Shown here piece by piece: positions 1 through 12,100 of a stretch of DNA of 64,000 nt; positions within the stretch are counted from its first letter, which is position 1; each line of letters starts with the position of its first letter. The stretch lies in NCBI GenBank assembly GCA_002633005.1, contig NMRA01000017.1, forward strand, positions 1,305,474 through 1,369,473. Direction: 5' to 3'. The position numbers and the translations under genes are program-made. Under the pieces are notes generated by a model that worked only from the letters and a program-made list of their open reading frames with translations, had not been told where the DNA came from and ran no database searches. Source of the stretch: Phoronis australis (Eukaryota; Animalia; Phoronida).

Positions 1-464
1 TGGGGGGAGGTCGGGAGGGGGGTTTGCACCCCTCCCGCCCAGGAAATTTTTCTGTTTTTATATCTAAAAATCAAGTATTTTCCTTGATTCCTGAAGTATT
101 ATCCAAGAAAAAAAGGCAAAAAAAAAACACGGAGAACGTGTCAAACAGGAAAAACAGCAAGTACCAAAGACTTGAACTCACGACCTTGCGCATAGAGCGC
201 GCGTGCGTTACCACTACACCACCACAATTTCACTACTAATCTCATACTAAGAGACCAACTTGTTTATGGTCCACAGTGTTTGCGCACGAAACCTACTTCT
301 TTTTGTAATGCTTATTACACGTTTTCATCCGTATAATTTTAATTACCGGGGTTAATTAATAAACTCAACATTTCCCTACGCTCTTACTGTTTTATTTTTT
401 TTGCGGCAGCTAAGGGGGGGGGGGGGGCTGGGCCCCCTGGGCCCCCCCCCTAAATCCGCCTATG
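1..464. mobile_element. Right part of a non-autonomous DNA transposon (MITE) containing a degenerate tRNA-like segment
   Basis: Ends in GGGGGGGGCTGGGCCCCCTGGGCCCCCCCCCTAAATCCGCCTATG, the reverse complement of the CATAGGCGGATTTAGGGGG-type MITE terminus also seen at 30951. Minus strand 168-226 has A-box (TGGTGTAGTGG) and B-box (GAGTTCAAGTC) like segments. Confidence 0.5.
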
Positions 465-2130
465 TATTGACATTGTTGAATTGGTCAGGCAAAGCTCACC
501 TTGCCTATTTTTCACCTGACTGACATGTGACGAGCCTGGGGGAGGGACTGTCGCAGCAGACTTACAAATCTATGGTGATGTTTATTACCCAAAGCATCAG
601 TGAAAAATAGTTTGCCTCTCAGTCTCACACAGGGAGCTGGTGACTACTGACGTTTTGAGTGAAAATGTGGTGAAAACCAAAATGCCCTGCAAGTTCCAAC
701 ATTGCCCTACATATGTTCTTTGATCCTTTATTGGGGCTCGATGCTTAGCATTTTAACGTCAACTTGCCCAAGTGTAGCCTTGGTGCAAAGCTGTATACTG
801 TAATCTGTATAATGTTACCTGGCAAAATTTGCAAGTCTCCAACACAGTTCGCCAAATCATAGGATGCAAATATCCTGGTCCCTAATGACATATTGTTGGC
901 AACAGTAGAAAATGAAAAAACGGGATATCGGAGTTGAGGAACACGCGAAATGAACAAATGCCTGAATGAACACCTGAGATCATCCAGGTGGCATTTTTTC
1001 TCAGTGGAACTGAAAAGGAGTATACCGTACGCTCGGTAATGATCGATTGCCCTCGAGCCCAATATCCCGTGCAAGCTAACTAACTTCATACCTGAGGGAA
1101 GAGCAGAGGATCGGGACACGTCTCTGTATGAGTCTTTAACAGGCCTTTCCTGTTTTTGCCGATTGACCATCTGTTTATTTCTTGTAGCATTTTAGTGCAT
1201 GCTGGGATGTGCGTGCAGTGTCTTCAGATTTTTTCCAGTTTGCTAGACAAAATATGAGGTCTCACTGGCAAGCCTTGCTCTTGCAGTTAAGCTGAATTCG
1301 AATTCAGTGCAATCTACATACTCGGCCAGTGTTTTAAATCGTCCGTTAACAGCTATGTTCTCTTATTGCCAAGGTCACTACTTATTTTTTTGTCAGCTGA
1401 CCTATAGTTTGCATATTTAAGGCAAAACACTGAAAGAGAGATAATTGGAAGTTTTGGTATCCAGTTATATTATTCAGTGCATCAAGTAAATCGATTGTGC
1501 ATTCGCATTACAGGGTCGTCACCTGTATGGCTTCAGCATGGGCAGGTGGTATGTTGCCTAAACCGACAGCTAGAATTGTGCCCCATATCTATACCTGTTA
1601 GATTGATTGTGTTGTGTTTGGATTTGCCGCCTTTTTGAAATCACGTCAGTATTCATGGCATGCTCAGTATTTCCTGACTGAAACTTATAATATAACGAGC
1701 AAGAGTGACCTACCACCCCATTTTTGCCCTCTTAATTTCCAAATGATTCCTAATTGATTTTCAACCATGAAAAAGCGACCCAGAAAAAATCGTCTCCACC
1801 TGAACGGCATGTCCCTAGTATCCCAATTACATCCTCTGCCTCCCCCGGTGATGAATATGGACTAGACCCAAGTAATGTTCAATCGTAGTCATTGAGAATA
1901 CTGACCAGCTTTTTGGGCATTTGTACATTTTGATGACTGTGATGTTGTGTACTTCTTTAGGTGATCAAGTTGCGTCTAGCTGAGATTCACTTGACACATT
2001 TAAATAGTATAACAAATATCCATTTTTTCTCAAATACTGGTAGTTACTTACCTGTCTATGAATTTTAGCAACAAAATTGTTAAATATGATAAAATTCCAA
2101 CCAATCCCGAGCTGTTTATCTGTTCAGTAT

Positions 2131-2395
2131 TGTTGTGTATCTTACTTTGTCAAATAAAGTAGACACTCCATGAACTACGCAGTGAAACGAACAGAATTGA
2201 ACTGAACACTGAACTGATTTATTCTACATATCATCACAATATATATACACACAACTACATAACAACATATGATGGGTTACCTATGACACACTTCCTGTAC
2301 TAGGAATCGCATGACATAATACCAATTAAACTACTAAACTCATAAACAATAACAACCTACAAACATCCTGTTATTGTGTGACTAAGTACACAACA
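2131..2395 (-). mobile_element. Solo LTR (265 bp)
   Basis: TGTTGTGTA...TACACAACA terminal inverted repeat (TG...CA), flanked by a 5-bp target-site duplication AGTAT (2126-2130, 2396-2400); AATAAA and a TATA-like run on the minus strand. Confidence 0.75.
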
Positions 2396-3136
2396 AGTAT
2401 CTCAATAATACTCTTCAAAAGATACAAATAAATCGTAACTTTGTAGAACAATGACGTAATGGTGAAAATTGGAAATAAGAATCAAATTGAAATCGAAATG
2501 AGCCAGCCTTGACATGTTGATGTCGAAACCTGTTACTCTACCATCACGATTTGATTACAGTTCGGTTAATCATCACACCCTTGCTTATGTCTGGTGATCA
2601 GCCATATGTTGAAATCAAGGACGGTGATTTGTGTCTTAAATACTGTGCCATTGATCAAATGGGATTTATCCCCTCCTGCAAAGTATTGGACTACGATCGC
2701 TGAGACTGTGAGTTCAATTCCCCATTGAGACTCATCTCAGAAAACCACTTTTCGCTCCTACAATGTCACTTTAAATTGAATATTATTGAACTCAAGTACA
2801 TTGAATAGATTACTATTATAAATGACTTAAATGACATAGGCAAGACATTCAGTTTTGAGCTTCATTAATATATGTGGCCTTGCCCAAAATTTACCGAAGA
2901 GCAGGGCGTCTATACTAATATAATGTGCCCTGTTTTTTGGTCATCTTCGGGCGGCCCTCCCTATATTAAAGGGAGGGTCTACTTCTGAAGCCCAAAATTG
3001 AATTTTTGCTTAATGTGTCATTTTAATAAGAATAAGTCATTTAAAATAAGCTGTTATTAATTATATTTCATTTATTTTTGGTAAAAATAATTGTATGTAT
3101 CATTGTTTAATGGCTATCAATATTTCCATATGACAG

Positions 3137-6100
3137 TATCAGGTGGTTAAACGAAAACTTCAGAGCAAATGTGAAGCATTGCTGATACTGAGTCAAGAAC
3201 TTGACCAATGTCGGTCGGAGAAAGACCAGTTCAGGCTAATGGCTGACCAATTACGCAGTCGTTACCAGATGTTAAAACGACAGTCGGCTGGAATGGTAAG
3301 AAGGTTTTCAAACAGTTTTGTTAAGATAAAAAGTACTAGGAATATAGATGTCTTGATGTTGTTACATGTCTTATAAAATTTCATTTATTTATAAGCAATG
3401 TTTTAATGGTAAACGTTCAAGTTGCATTTAAAGAAATTGCATTGTACTACTGTACTGAGAAATATATTTTTAAAACATTTAGAATATTGCAAGTTAAGGA
3501 ACATATGGTCATCAACAAATGATTTCACTTGTGTGAATGGAATAGTACATAGTTCTATCAGTCGAAAGGGAATTTGTTTGGCCCTTTGCCTCGCAGTTAC
3601 GTGTACTTGGTATTATTCGCTGCATGGAAATTATGTTGTTTATTTTGTCATCATTCAGGACACAGACAAGCATGTCAAGGATGACTTCCACAACTCAAAT
3701 GCTTGCAATCAGGTAGGTCAGTGTCAGAAGGTTGTCATTAAGAGACTTCGTAATACTGTCCTGCCACCTCTGGCTTGCGTTCTAAACAACTCAAACAGGC
3801 AAGTGTACTTTCTGGTTTTGGTCCATTTTCTATGAAATGGAGCTAATGAATATAGGCTGTAAGTCTCAAACCTTTCCACACCATGATAGACATTGCTTTC
3901 CATCTCCAACCCTATCATTCATAGTGTCAGAAATTAAAACGAGTCTACTGTCAAAAACCCTTGATTGGAAATTCATTTTAGCAGGGTTGGCCAACATACA
4001 AAACTGGATCATTCCCGGACAATTGCAGGTGACCCATCATTCTCTTTTAACGGTAGTAACCTATTGTTATCATGGCAAGTGCCATTTTGAGGCAATGTTT
4101 AGGTCGTAAAAGGGAATGAAATGCATTTTTAATTCAAACTAAAGCCATCTTTGTGAAGTGTTGAGCCATTCATTTTGTGCTTTTCTTCCTCAAACTACCG
4201 TTAGGTACAACATAAATCCATAAGATACATATGAAATTGTTAACAATTTCCTAAAATTACCTATATGAATTATGCTTAATTTCTCAATTTCGGAAGTTAG
4301 GAGCAAGAATCAGATGGTACAGTTACTTTACTGAGTAATTTTGTTCCTATTCATTCAAGGATGCTTCAATTTCAACATATTCTCTTGTTTTTGATTTTTT
4401 TGAGATAGCCTTTAGTCCCCTCTTGATGCATATTTGAACAAAGTTTACTGGGGTATTTGACTATTTGAACATAACAGCTTAATACGGAATTATAGTTAAT
4501 TGTTGTTTTAAAGTGGCTAAAGTATATTAAAAAGCATTGATTTAGACAACTTAAAACTAAAACTCATCTCTACTTAATGTTTTTAAGTCAAATGAGAAGT
4601 GGTTTTTGGGCTTGGCAACTATTGAAGTTTGTTATTGGTTGAGAACATACTCAACACATAAAATGACCCAGCATGACAAGATAACTAATAGATCGTGGTC
4701 GCAAGTTATAGCAATTTGTCAGTCTTTCCAAACATTGCATTTAATCCATTAAATAATTATTTGAGGCCAATCTTAATAACAGTAAATGGTCTAAATCAAT
4801 TGTTATTATTTGTGACCGAAGGTTGAATATTGTCACGTAAAATGTTTCATTAGGAATTTTTTTATATCCCTCAGAACTGAAGTATGTAATTAAAAGTGGT
4901 CTCAGTTTCATGCTATTGTTTTTTGTTTGTAGTTTGTGGTGGAACCTTTTTTTATTATGAGCCTGCATTGCTATTTACCCATAATAACACCATGAACAGA
5001 GTGGATTTCATTGATTGCTTCTACATAAAGTTTCACCACCGCCAACTTGATTGATGCCAATTTTAAGTTTGTGATTTCGGCTTGCATTACTTAATTAGCG
5101 TTGTGTGGGACTGCACCGTAATTCATTGCAAGCTAAGCTGTTTAGTGCTGTTTATTTAGTCAGTGAAATGTTGTGGTTGATAGACAGTGGTGTTGTTACA
5201 GCTTGAAGTTGAGCAGTTGAAACAAAAGTTACAGGATGCACTTGGGGACATTAAGGTAACTATTCTGACTTGCCTGCAGCTACTAATGGACTAATCCTTG
5301 TATTATTTAGGATTTGGAATAGTGTATGTGAATTATGGTCAAGTTTCCATATTTCAGTTATAATCTATGTCAAGTGATGGAAGCTAGATGTTATCACGTG
5401 TTTCAGTAATAATCTATGTCAAGTGATGGGAGCTAGATGTTATCACATGTTTGAGTAATAATCTATGTCAAGTGATGGAAGCTAGATGTTATCACATGTT
5501 CCCTAAGTTTCAACGCATTTGTAGACTTTAATCACTCGGTAATGTCACAGTTTTCCATCTCTTTACCTTTATTGTGACCTCCTTTTTACTTTTCACTTTT
5601 TCTTATTTAACAAGTATGTGAAAACTGAACTCTTATTTCAATGGAAATCAATAGAAAAAGTCCTTAACTTAGGGTCACTGTAGTGTGAAAAGATCCTTGT
5701 TTATTTCCAATAATATTAAAAAAGTCTTGGTAGAGCTCACTGTTGTTGTGTATTAAAGTTAAAACCTGACTCGCAATGAAGATAAAATGGCATTAAGGAG
5801 GTACAATCAGTATTCACACAAAGTTCTCAAATGTGCTGAAATTTAAGGGACATGGTGATGCAACTATGCAACCATGCTCCAATACTGCTGACAATTGCGT
5901 GAGCTACTTCCTTTTGGTTGTCTTTTTGGTCACTTGGACTAAAAATTGTGCCTGCATTCAGTATTAGTAATTGGGTTTGGTGGGAAGGTTGTTGTGCATG
6001 ATAAAGAGTTTTTGTGCTGTGTAGGGGTGGTTTCCACTTCCTGCATATGGTCAGGTTGACTTCCAAAATTGCAGTGAACAACGATGTAGGATGAGTTCAA

Positions 6101-9100
6101 CGTTGCACACTGTCTTACAAGACTTATGGCCAATCCATTTATTCGCCGTGTTTGCGTTTTTCATGTTAATATCTCTGCTGAATCTTACAGTTACTGAGAG
6201 AGCAGATAGGACGACAGCGCGTTGGTACATCTGACGAAGGCATGAACACACGGCACTTCCCAGCACACGAGCGTGAGGACTTGGTGAAACAGTTGGAGGT
6301 GTCCAGGAAAGAGGTATGTATAGACAGTTATGTCTTGATTGTGTAAAACATAATATCCAACAATGAGGTTTTACACAACCCAATCATAATATCAGCAGTC
6401 TCCACCCTGGTATTGCTAACCTTAAGATAATGAAATGGTTCGTGTTATCTTTAGCCTGTTACTTGGCAGAGCAGATGACAGTAAATAGTTTGTTTAATAG
6501 CAGATTGTTCTGTGACGGTTGTCATGGTGATGTAGGTGGAGGTGTACTGTGTAAACAATGCTCATTGAATATAAGGTGTGAACATGCATGGCTGTGGAAA
6601 GCTCATAGTATAGAAGTGACATACATATCATGCAACATGTGATAATGTGTTGATATGATTGGCTAAATGAATGGGAAATGATCACCAATCATATTTCTGA
6701 GCTATGTTCTTTGTAAATTTTTACCTCTTTACAGTAGTGATAAAGATTTTAAATCCAAAGGCTGGAATCTTCTTATCAAAATAGATCAGTTATTCTGTCA
6801 ATATTTAGCATGAATGGAGGCTTTCTAGTTTCAAATTTTCTAAAAGCATGCCCAAGATTTTTTTTCTTTTTGCATTTAGTTAATCCATTGAGTTGTTACA
6901 TTCTTTACCATTGAAGCAAATAGTATATCTCCACCCGTCTTGCGTGAAGTCATTTTTTCTGTCTGTTGATGTACTGCTTTGTCTGTTGTCAATACACGGG
7001 TCTCATGTTTTGAGAACCAGTTTTACACCTGTTATTCAGTGGATAAAACTGGTTCTCAAAATGCAGGTCCCCTGTAAATAACTATTACCATTGCTAGTAC
7101 TTCCTTATGATAATGTGATGGGTGGCCCCGGTGTACTGCCTGCCTCACTCTACAGTAAAATCATCCTAATTTAAGACTCGATATGGCAGACAAGTGAACA
7201 TTCTCTTTTTATCGTGGAAGATATGCTGTGCCAATTAAATGTTTTATCATTTTAAAGTTCCTTACTATAGCTGCCATCGAGCAATGTTTGAGAAACTGTG
7301 GCCATTCACAACAATGTTAGATTTTACTGCGTACTCGGTTCTGCCTCTTGCCATTTGCTAGGTGAATGCTTACTGATGGAGCGCATTGTGCTGTCCAATT
7401 CATTGCCTGTCCACCTTTCCTCAGTCGTCTCTGTTTGCCAGATGGTGTGCATCTGCTTCACTCCACTCTGATTCATTATATGTCATTTGGAGTGTACTCT
7501 TATTAGTACAAGGTGTACCAAAGATGTGCTCACACTTCAGTATACCGTCATGAGCTCAAATTCAGTTCATGTGGATCAGACTATGTGCCTGGGCCTTCTG
7601 TATGGTTACACCTTGCTGTGATAGTGGGCACTTGAACTGTGCTGTACTCTGTAAATATGGAATCAGAAACAAATGGCTCAGTTTTTGAGAATGAAAATTT
7701 ATAACGCTATGCTATTGGTAAACGAGCACTCACTGTTCATGTTATGCACCATTAACCCTTCTCCCAATCATGTTAATAAGAAAAAAATAAAAAATGCATT
7801 TATTTTGGTGTCTTACAAATTTGTTTTTGGATCGCCTCTTTATGAATTTGAACTCTTGTCAGGTAATTTTGTTTGTAAGTCAATAAACAAATGAAGTTGT
7901 CATTTTAAGTGTGAAAACATTTTTGGACACATTATATTGCCTGTCTCACTGTGTTGAATTCAGTGGCGGATATGCAGTAGTTCAGGGGAATTAAACTCCC
8001 GCTAAGGAGGTGTGACCAAAATGCATCCTTTGCAAAACAAATATTGCCACTGGTGCAGTAACCTTCCATCCCTGAAATTGTAGATCTGCCCTCAGAATAA
8101 TTTATTTTTGTTCTGCAAGTAGTTATAGGAGGAGTCTACTGAATGTAGTGTTTGTCACTGTCTTCTCAATAGTATCCTTGTGTTTCTATCAGTTCGTACA
8201 GATGGAGCGTGATCTCCAACAAGTTCTTGATGAGAAGGAGGAGCTGGTGACTGAGAGAGACGTGTACAAGAACAAGTATGAGAGACTCAATGTGGAGCTC
8301 AACTATATACTGAAGGGGGATGAGAAGAGGATTGTAGACGTGGACGCACTGTCTATGGAGAACAAGTAAGCAACTATTAAGTAACATCATGTGTCCGTGG
8401 CCAGGCGGAGGGGTACCCCAATCATTTACAGCATTGCGTGCGAACCTAAATCCTGTTCTCAAATACGTGACAACTGTGAGAGGAAGTGGTGGTAAATAGG
8501 GACCAGGGAGTGAATGATCAGGAGGGGATGGGAAGACTTCCTGCTAATTTTCATCTTCCCATGGCCCTCTAGCTTTACCATATTTGGAATTGTTTCATTG
8601 TGTCAAACATATGGTAGCATTTTCATCAACTCAGACGTATGCTATTATCTGATTGTTCTATCAGAAAGATTCTTGTCACTTATGAGTCAGTATGTACCAC
8701 AGTAGCTTTATTCGATGTTACCAAATGATCTTACTTAGTGTTTGTGTGTGTTTTAGTCTGTTAGGTCAAGGGTGGAATGTGTTGGCTACAACATGTATGA
8801 TTGTATAGTGATTGCTAAGACTCTTAAAACCTATCCTTCTTTTCAGATTCCTTAAGGAGAGACTGAAACAAATGGAAGAAGAAAAGTCTATGGCTATGGC
8901 CACTTTGTCCAAATATAAGGTCTGTACTATGTAGTCATGTGTCTATGGCTATGGCCACTATGTAGTCATAGGTCTCTGGCTATGGCCACTCTGTCCAAAT
9001 ATAAGGTCTGTATTATGTAGTCGTATGTCTGAATAAGATTGCAGATCAGTAACATAATTCAAGTTTACAGTCTTCATCAATTTCTGTTGTTAAGCAAATC

Positions 9101-12100
9101 ACGTTTTCTTACAAGCTGATGATCAAAATAAACATATCCGATGTCCTGTTTGCATGTGACTATCTAGTTTGCGCTGTAAACTCCAGTGTGCTGAAATAAG
9201 AATGTCTCTCCCTGCAAGGTTATTGAAGTTTATTGTAAAACCTTGAATACGGTAGGCCCAAAAATTTGAGTAATATTCCCCAAGCTTGAATAAATCAGTG
9301 TACTTTCTAACTTAATGAATCTTGCCAGGAATAATGCGTATTTAAACTGGTTGAATTTAGCGTTGTAGAATGCAATTCATGCCATGTCAACTGAATGCGC
9401 TATTCTTACAGCATATTCTGGAGCGGAAACGTAACAAGGGAATCCTCAAATTTGGTGAGAGTCGAAGCGGAGGCGTGGTTATCACTCAAAAGCAGGTGGA
9501 GCAACTGTTACAGACGCGGTCTAGTGTGGTGCCATCTCACCAGACGATGGTGGACCTACAGACACTTGCTGGGGCTCTGTTGGACACAGTGAATGATAAG
9601 AACCTGGCCCTTTCTCACCAGAGAAAGACCAACAAGTGAGTCATGTCACCAGCCACTAGAAAAATTCCAAAGTTACACAGTCAGTTAGCACACATTCCTG
9701 TAGGAAACTGCATTATTTTTTACCTTGAAGCCCCAGGAAAGTGGTATGTCACATCATCAAAAGCCTTAGCCTCTATTCCTCCATGTGCCCAAAACTGATG
9801 TATTGTCAGTGTTCATGAAGCTTGATTAAGCCTGATCTTATCTGCTCTGTGCTATTTGTCAAGCAACATTACTTCATTTTTATGAATTTGTCGAGTATCC
9901 TCTCATCAAAAATTGAGACTAAATATATCGCTATTTTTACAGACTGCTTGGCAACCGAGTGTCTGAACTTGAGAAGAAGCTTAAAACTCTTGAAGTGTCA
10001 GGATTGTGGAATGTGAATATTACTGGTAGGTGTTGGTTATCAGGACTGGGACTGCTTATCTTAGCTATGCGATCTAAGGAGGTATGGTGTATTTTTGTTG
10101 TTGACATTTCCATTCGTGTTTCTTGGAAATCTAATACCACTCCCATTGTGACGTCTTTGTATTTTCTAGTCTTTTTATATACATTTATTAACAATGAGCA
10201 CATTTACAATAACACAAAAAGACAAGAACAACACAGACACGTACACACGCATACCCCACACCTAATCCTCTTGAATACTAAAAAAAACAGTTTCAAAATT
10301 ACACCATCTTTTTTGTACAAATTCGGAATTCAAGTCCTTACGAGCACTATACTTTTCACTCAAAAATTGTTTGATGAAGTTAAAAAATCTAGTTAGAAGT
10401 AATCTTTTTGATCCAAACTTTTGGGTATAAATAAACTTGTTTACCCAATAATAAAACAATGTCTTTGAAATTTTCCTTTATATCAAAAAAATAGCATTGT
10501 TGCAGGACAGAGTGCCGATACACTAGGGATTTGCTTTGTTTAAAATTTCATTATTAACTTTTATCCAAAATGAATTTACTATTTCACATTCCCAAAATAA
10601 GTGTTTCAAAGTTTCTTTCAATTGTCCACAAAAGGAACAAGATTCATAATCCGTAACTTGAATTATTTTTAAAAAGGAGTTAGTATTCAAAATTCTCATT
10701 CAGAGTCAGAACAGAAGCCACCTAATTGTTGGGTCTAATTGTTGTGTTATATGGAAGGGAATAAACATCTTCCCATGAAAAATTATTTGTATTTACGTTC
10801 AATTCTTTGGCCCATTTTGACTCCGAGTTTGAGACTTCGGAACTATAATTTAATTGAGTGTACAAATATGTTGACACCCTCTCCCACCACTTTTCAATTT
10901 CATTAAATACGCATCACAACTAACAACTCTATCAATACCACATTTCTGTTGGTACTTAAATATCACTGAAATTAGACTATTATACTCCATAAAGTTTGTT
11001 TTGGTACCTAAAACATCCACAATAAATCTATGGTTCAAAATATTACTGTCTGGGGAAAAGAAGTCCTTTATAAAGACTATGCCTCCATGGCACCAATTCC
11101 TGCTAGAAAATACTTTTTACCCCGACCTTCTGGTCACTGCTAAACCATAAAGGTTGGTTAAGAAAATCTATCTGATTTTTGATTTTCAAACAATTTTCAA
11201 AGGAGATTACACATTCAAAAAGTCTTTCCAGAAGTGGTTATCAATATTAGGCAAATTTATCTTGAGAAAGTCAACTCCATACTTGGCGAAATCTCTAATT
11301 TCAGGAAAAATCAAATGAAACAAATGGGCCATCTTAGACTGACCGTTTACAAATTTGGTTAAATGTTAATCTTTAAAACCTTACAGAATGAAGATATGTT
11401 AATCATTCTAATACCTCCTTTGTTATGATTACAAACAGCTCGTGCGCACCTAATTTTTGTCACTGCGACCTTGCCAGAGCAATTTAAAAAACATCGAGTT
11501 CAGTTTTTCTAGAATATGTTTCGAAGTCTGTGACAAGTATATCAGAAGAGATACAATTTTTGAAACCACAAGTGCCTTGATTACTGTAACTCTTCCGAAG
11601 GCATCTTTCTTTTGGACCAGTTTTTCAAAATTAATTCATTTTAATGAATTTGAAGATATTAAAATATCTTTCAATTTCTCCAAGTAATTGTAGTCTGCCA
11701 TATCATGTAAGCTGACTTGGAAATTAATCCTCAAGAACTATTTTCTAGTCTTAGTTTTGGATTTACAATGCAGGACACACTTGGGGTGTATAAACCAAAA
11801 AAAAATAAATTTGTTTCATTATGTGATTGGCACAGAAAATCCTGCTGTGATGTCATTAGTCATCTGTTCGAGACACTCAATATTTTTGCCGTCACCATCT
11901 GATTTTTCTGGATTGCTGTTTGCTGTTATGGCAGTGATGAAAATGTCGAAATATTTTGTTTGATTTGACAATGGATATTATAATATTCATCCAGGTGAAT
12001 ATTCAGGTGTGAAAACTAATATAAATCTTGACTTCTGGAACTTGCTATAAAATAAAAACTTCCCGACATTGGGGTGTGGCCTGGCTCCTACTGGGGACTG

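Noticed and set aside
168-226. Possible amber-suppressor tRNA (loop CTCTATG, anticodon CTA) on the minus strand
   Set aside because: No acceptor stem; anticodon and T stems have multiple mismatches; position 37 is not a purine. Treated as a degenerate tRNA-like relic.
745-1170. 141-aa minus-strand ORF
   Set aside because: No recognisable motif or splice context; probably a chance or repeat-derived ORF.
1254-1295. Possible CCDC149 first exon MRSHWQALLLQ
   Set aside because: No phase-0 GT donor follows and a TGA comes two codons later; similarity to the expected N-terminus is too weak.
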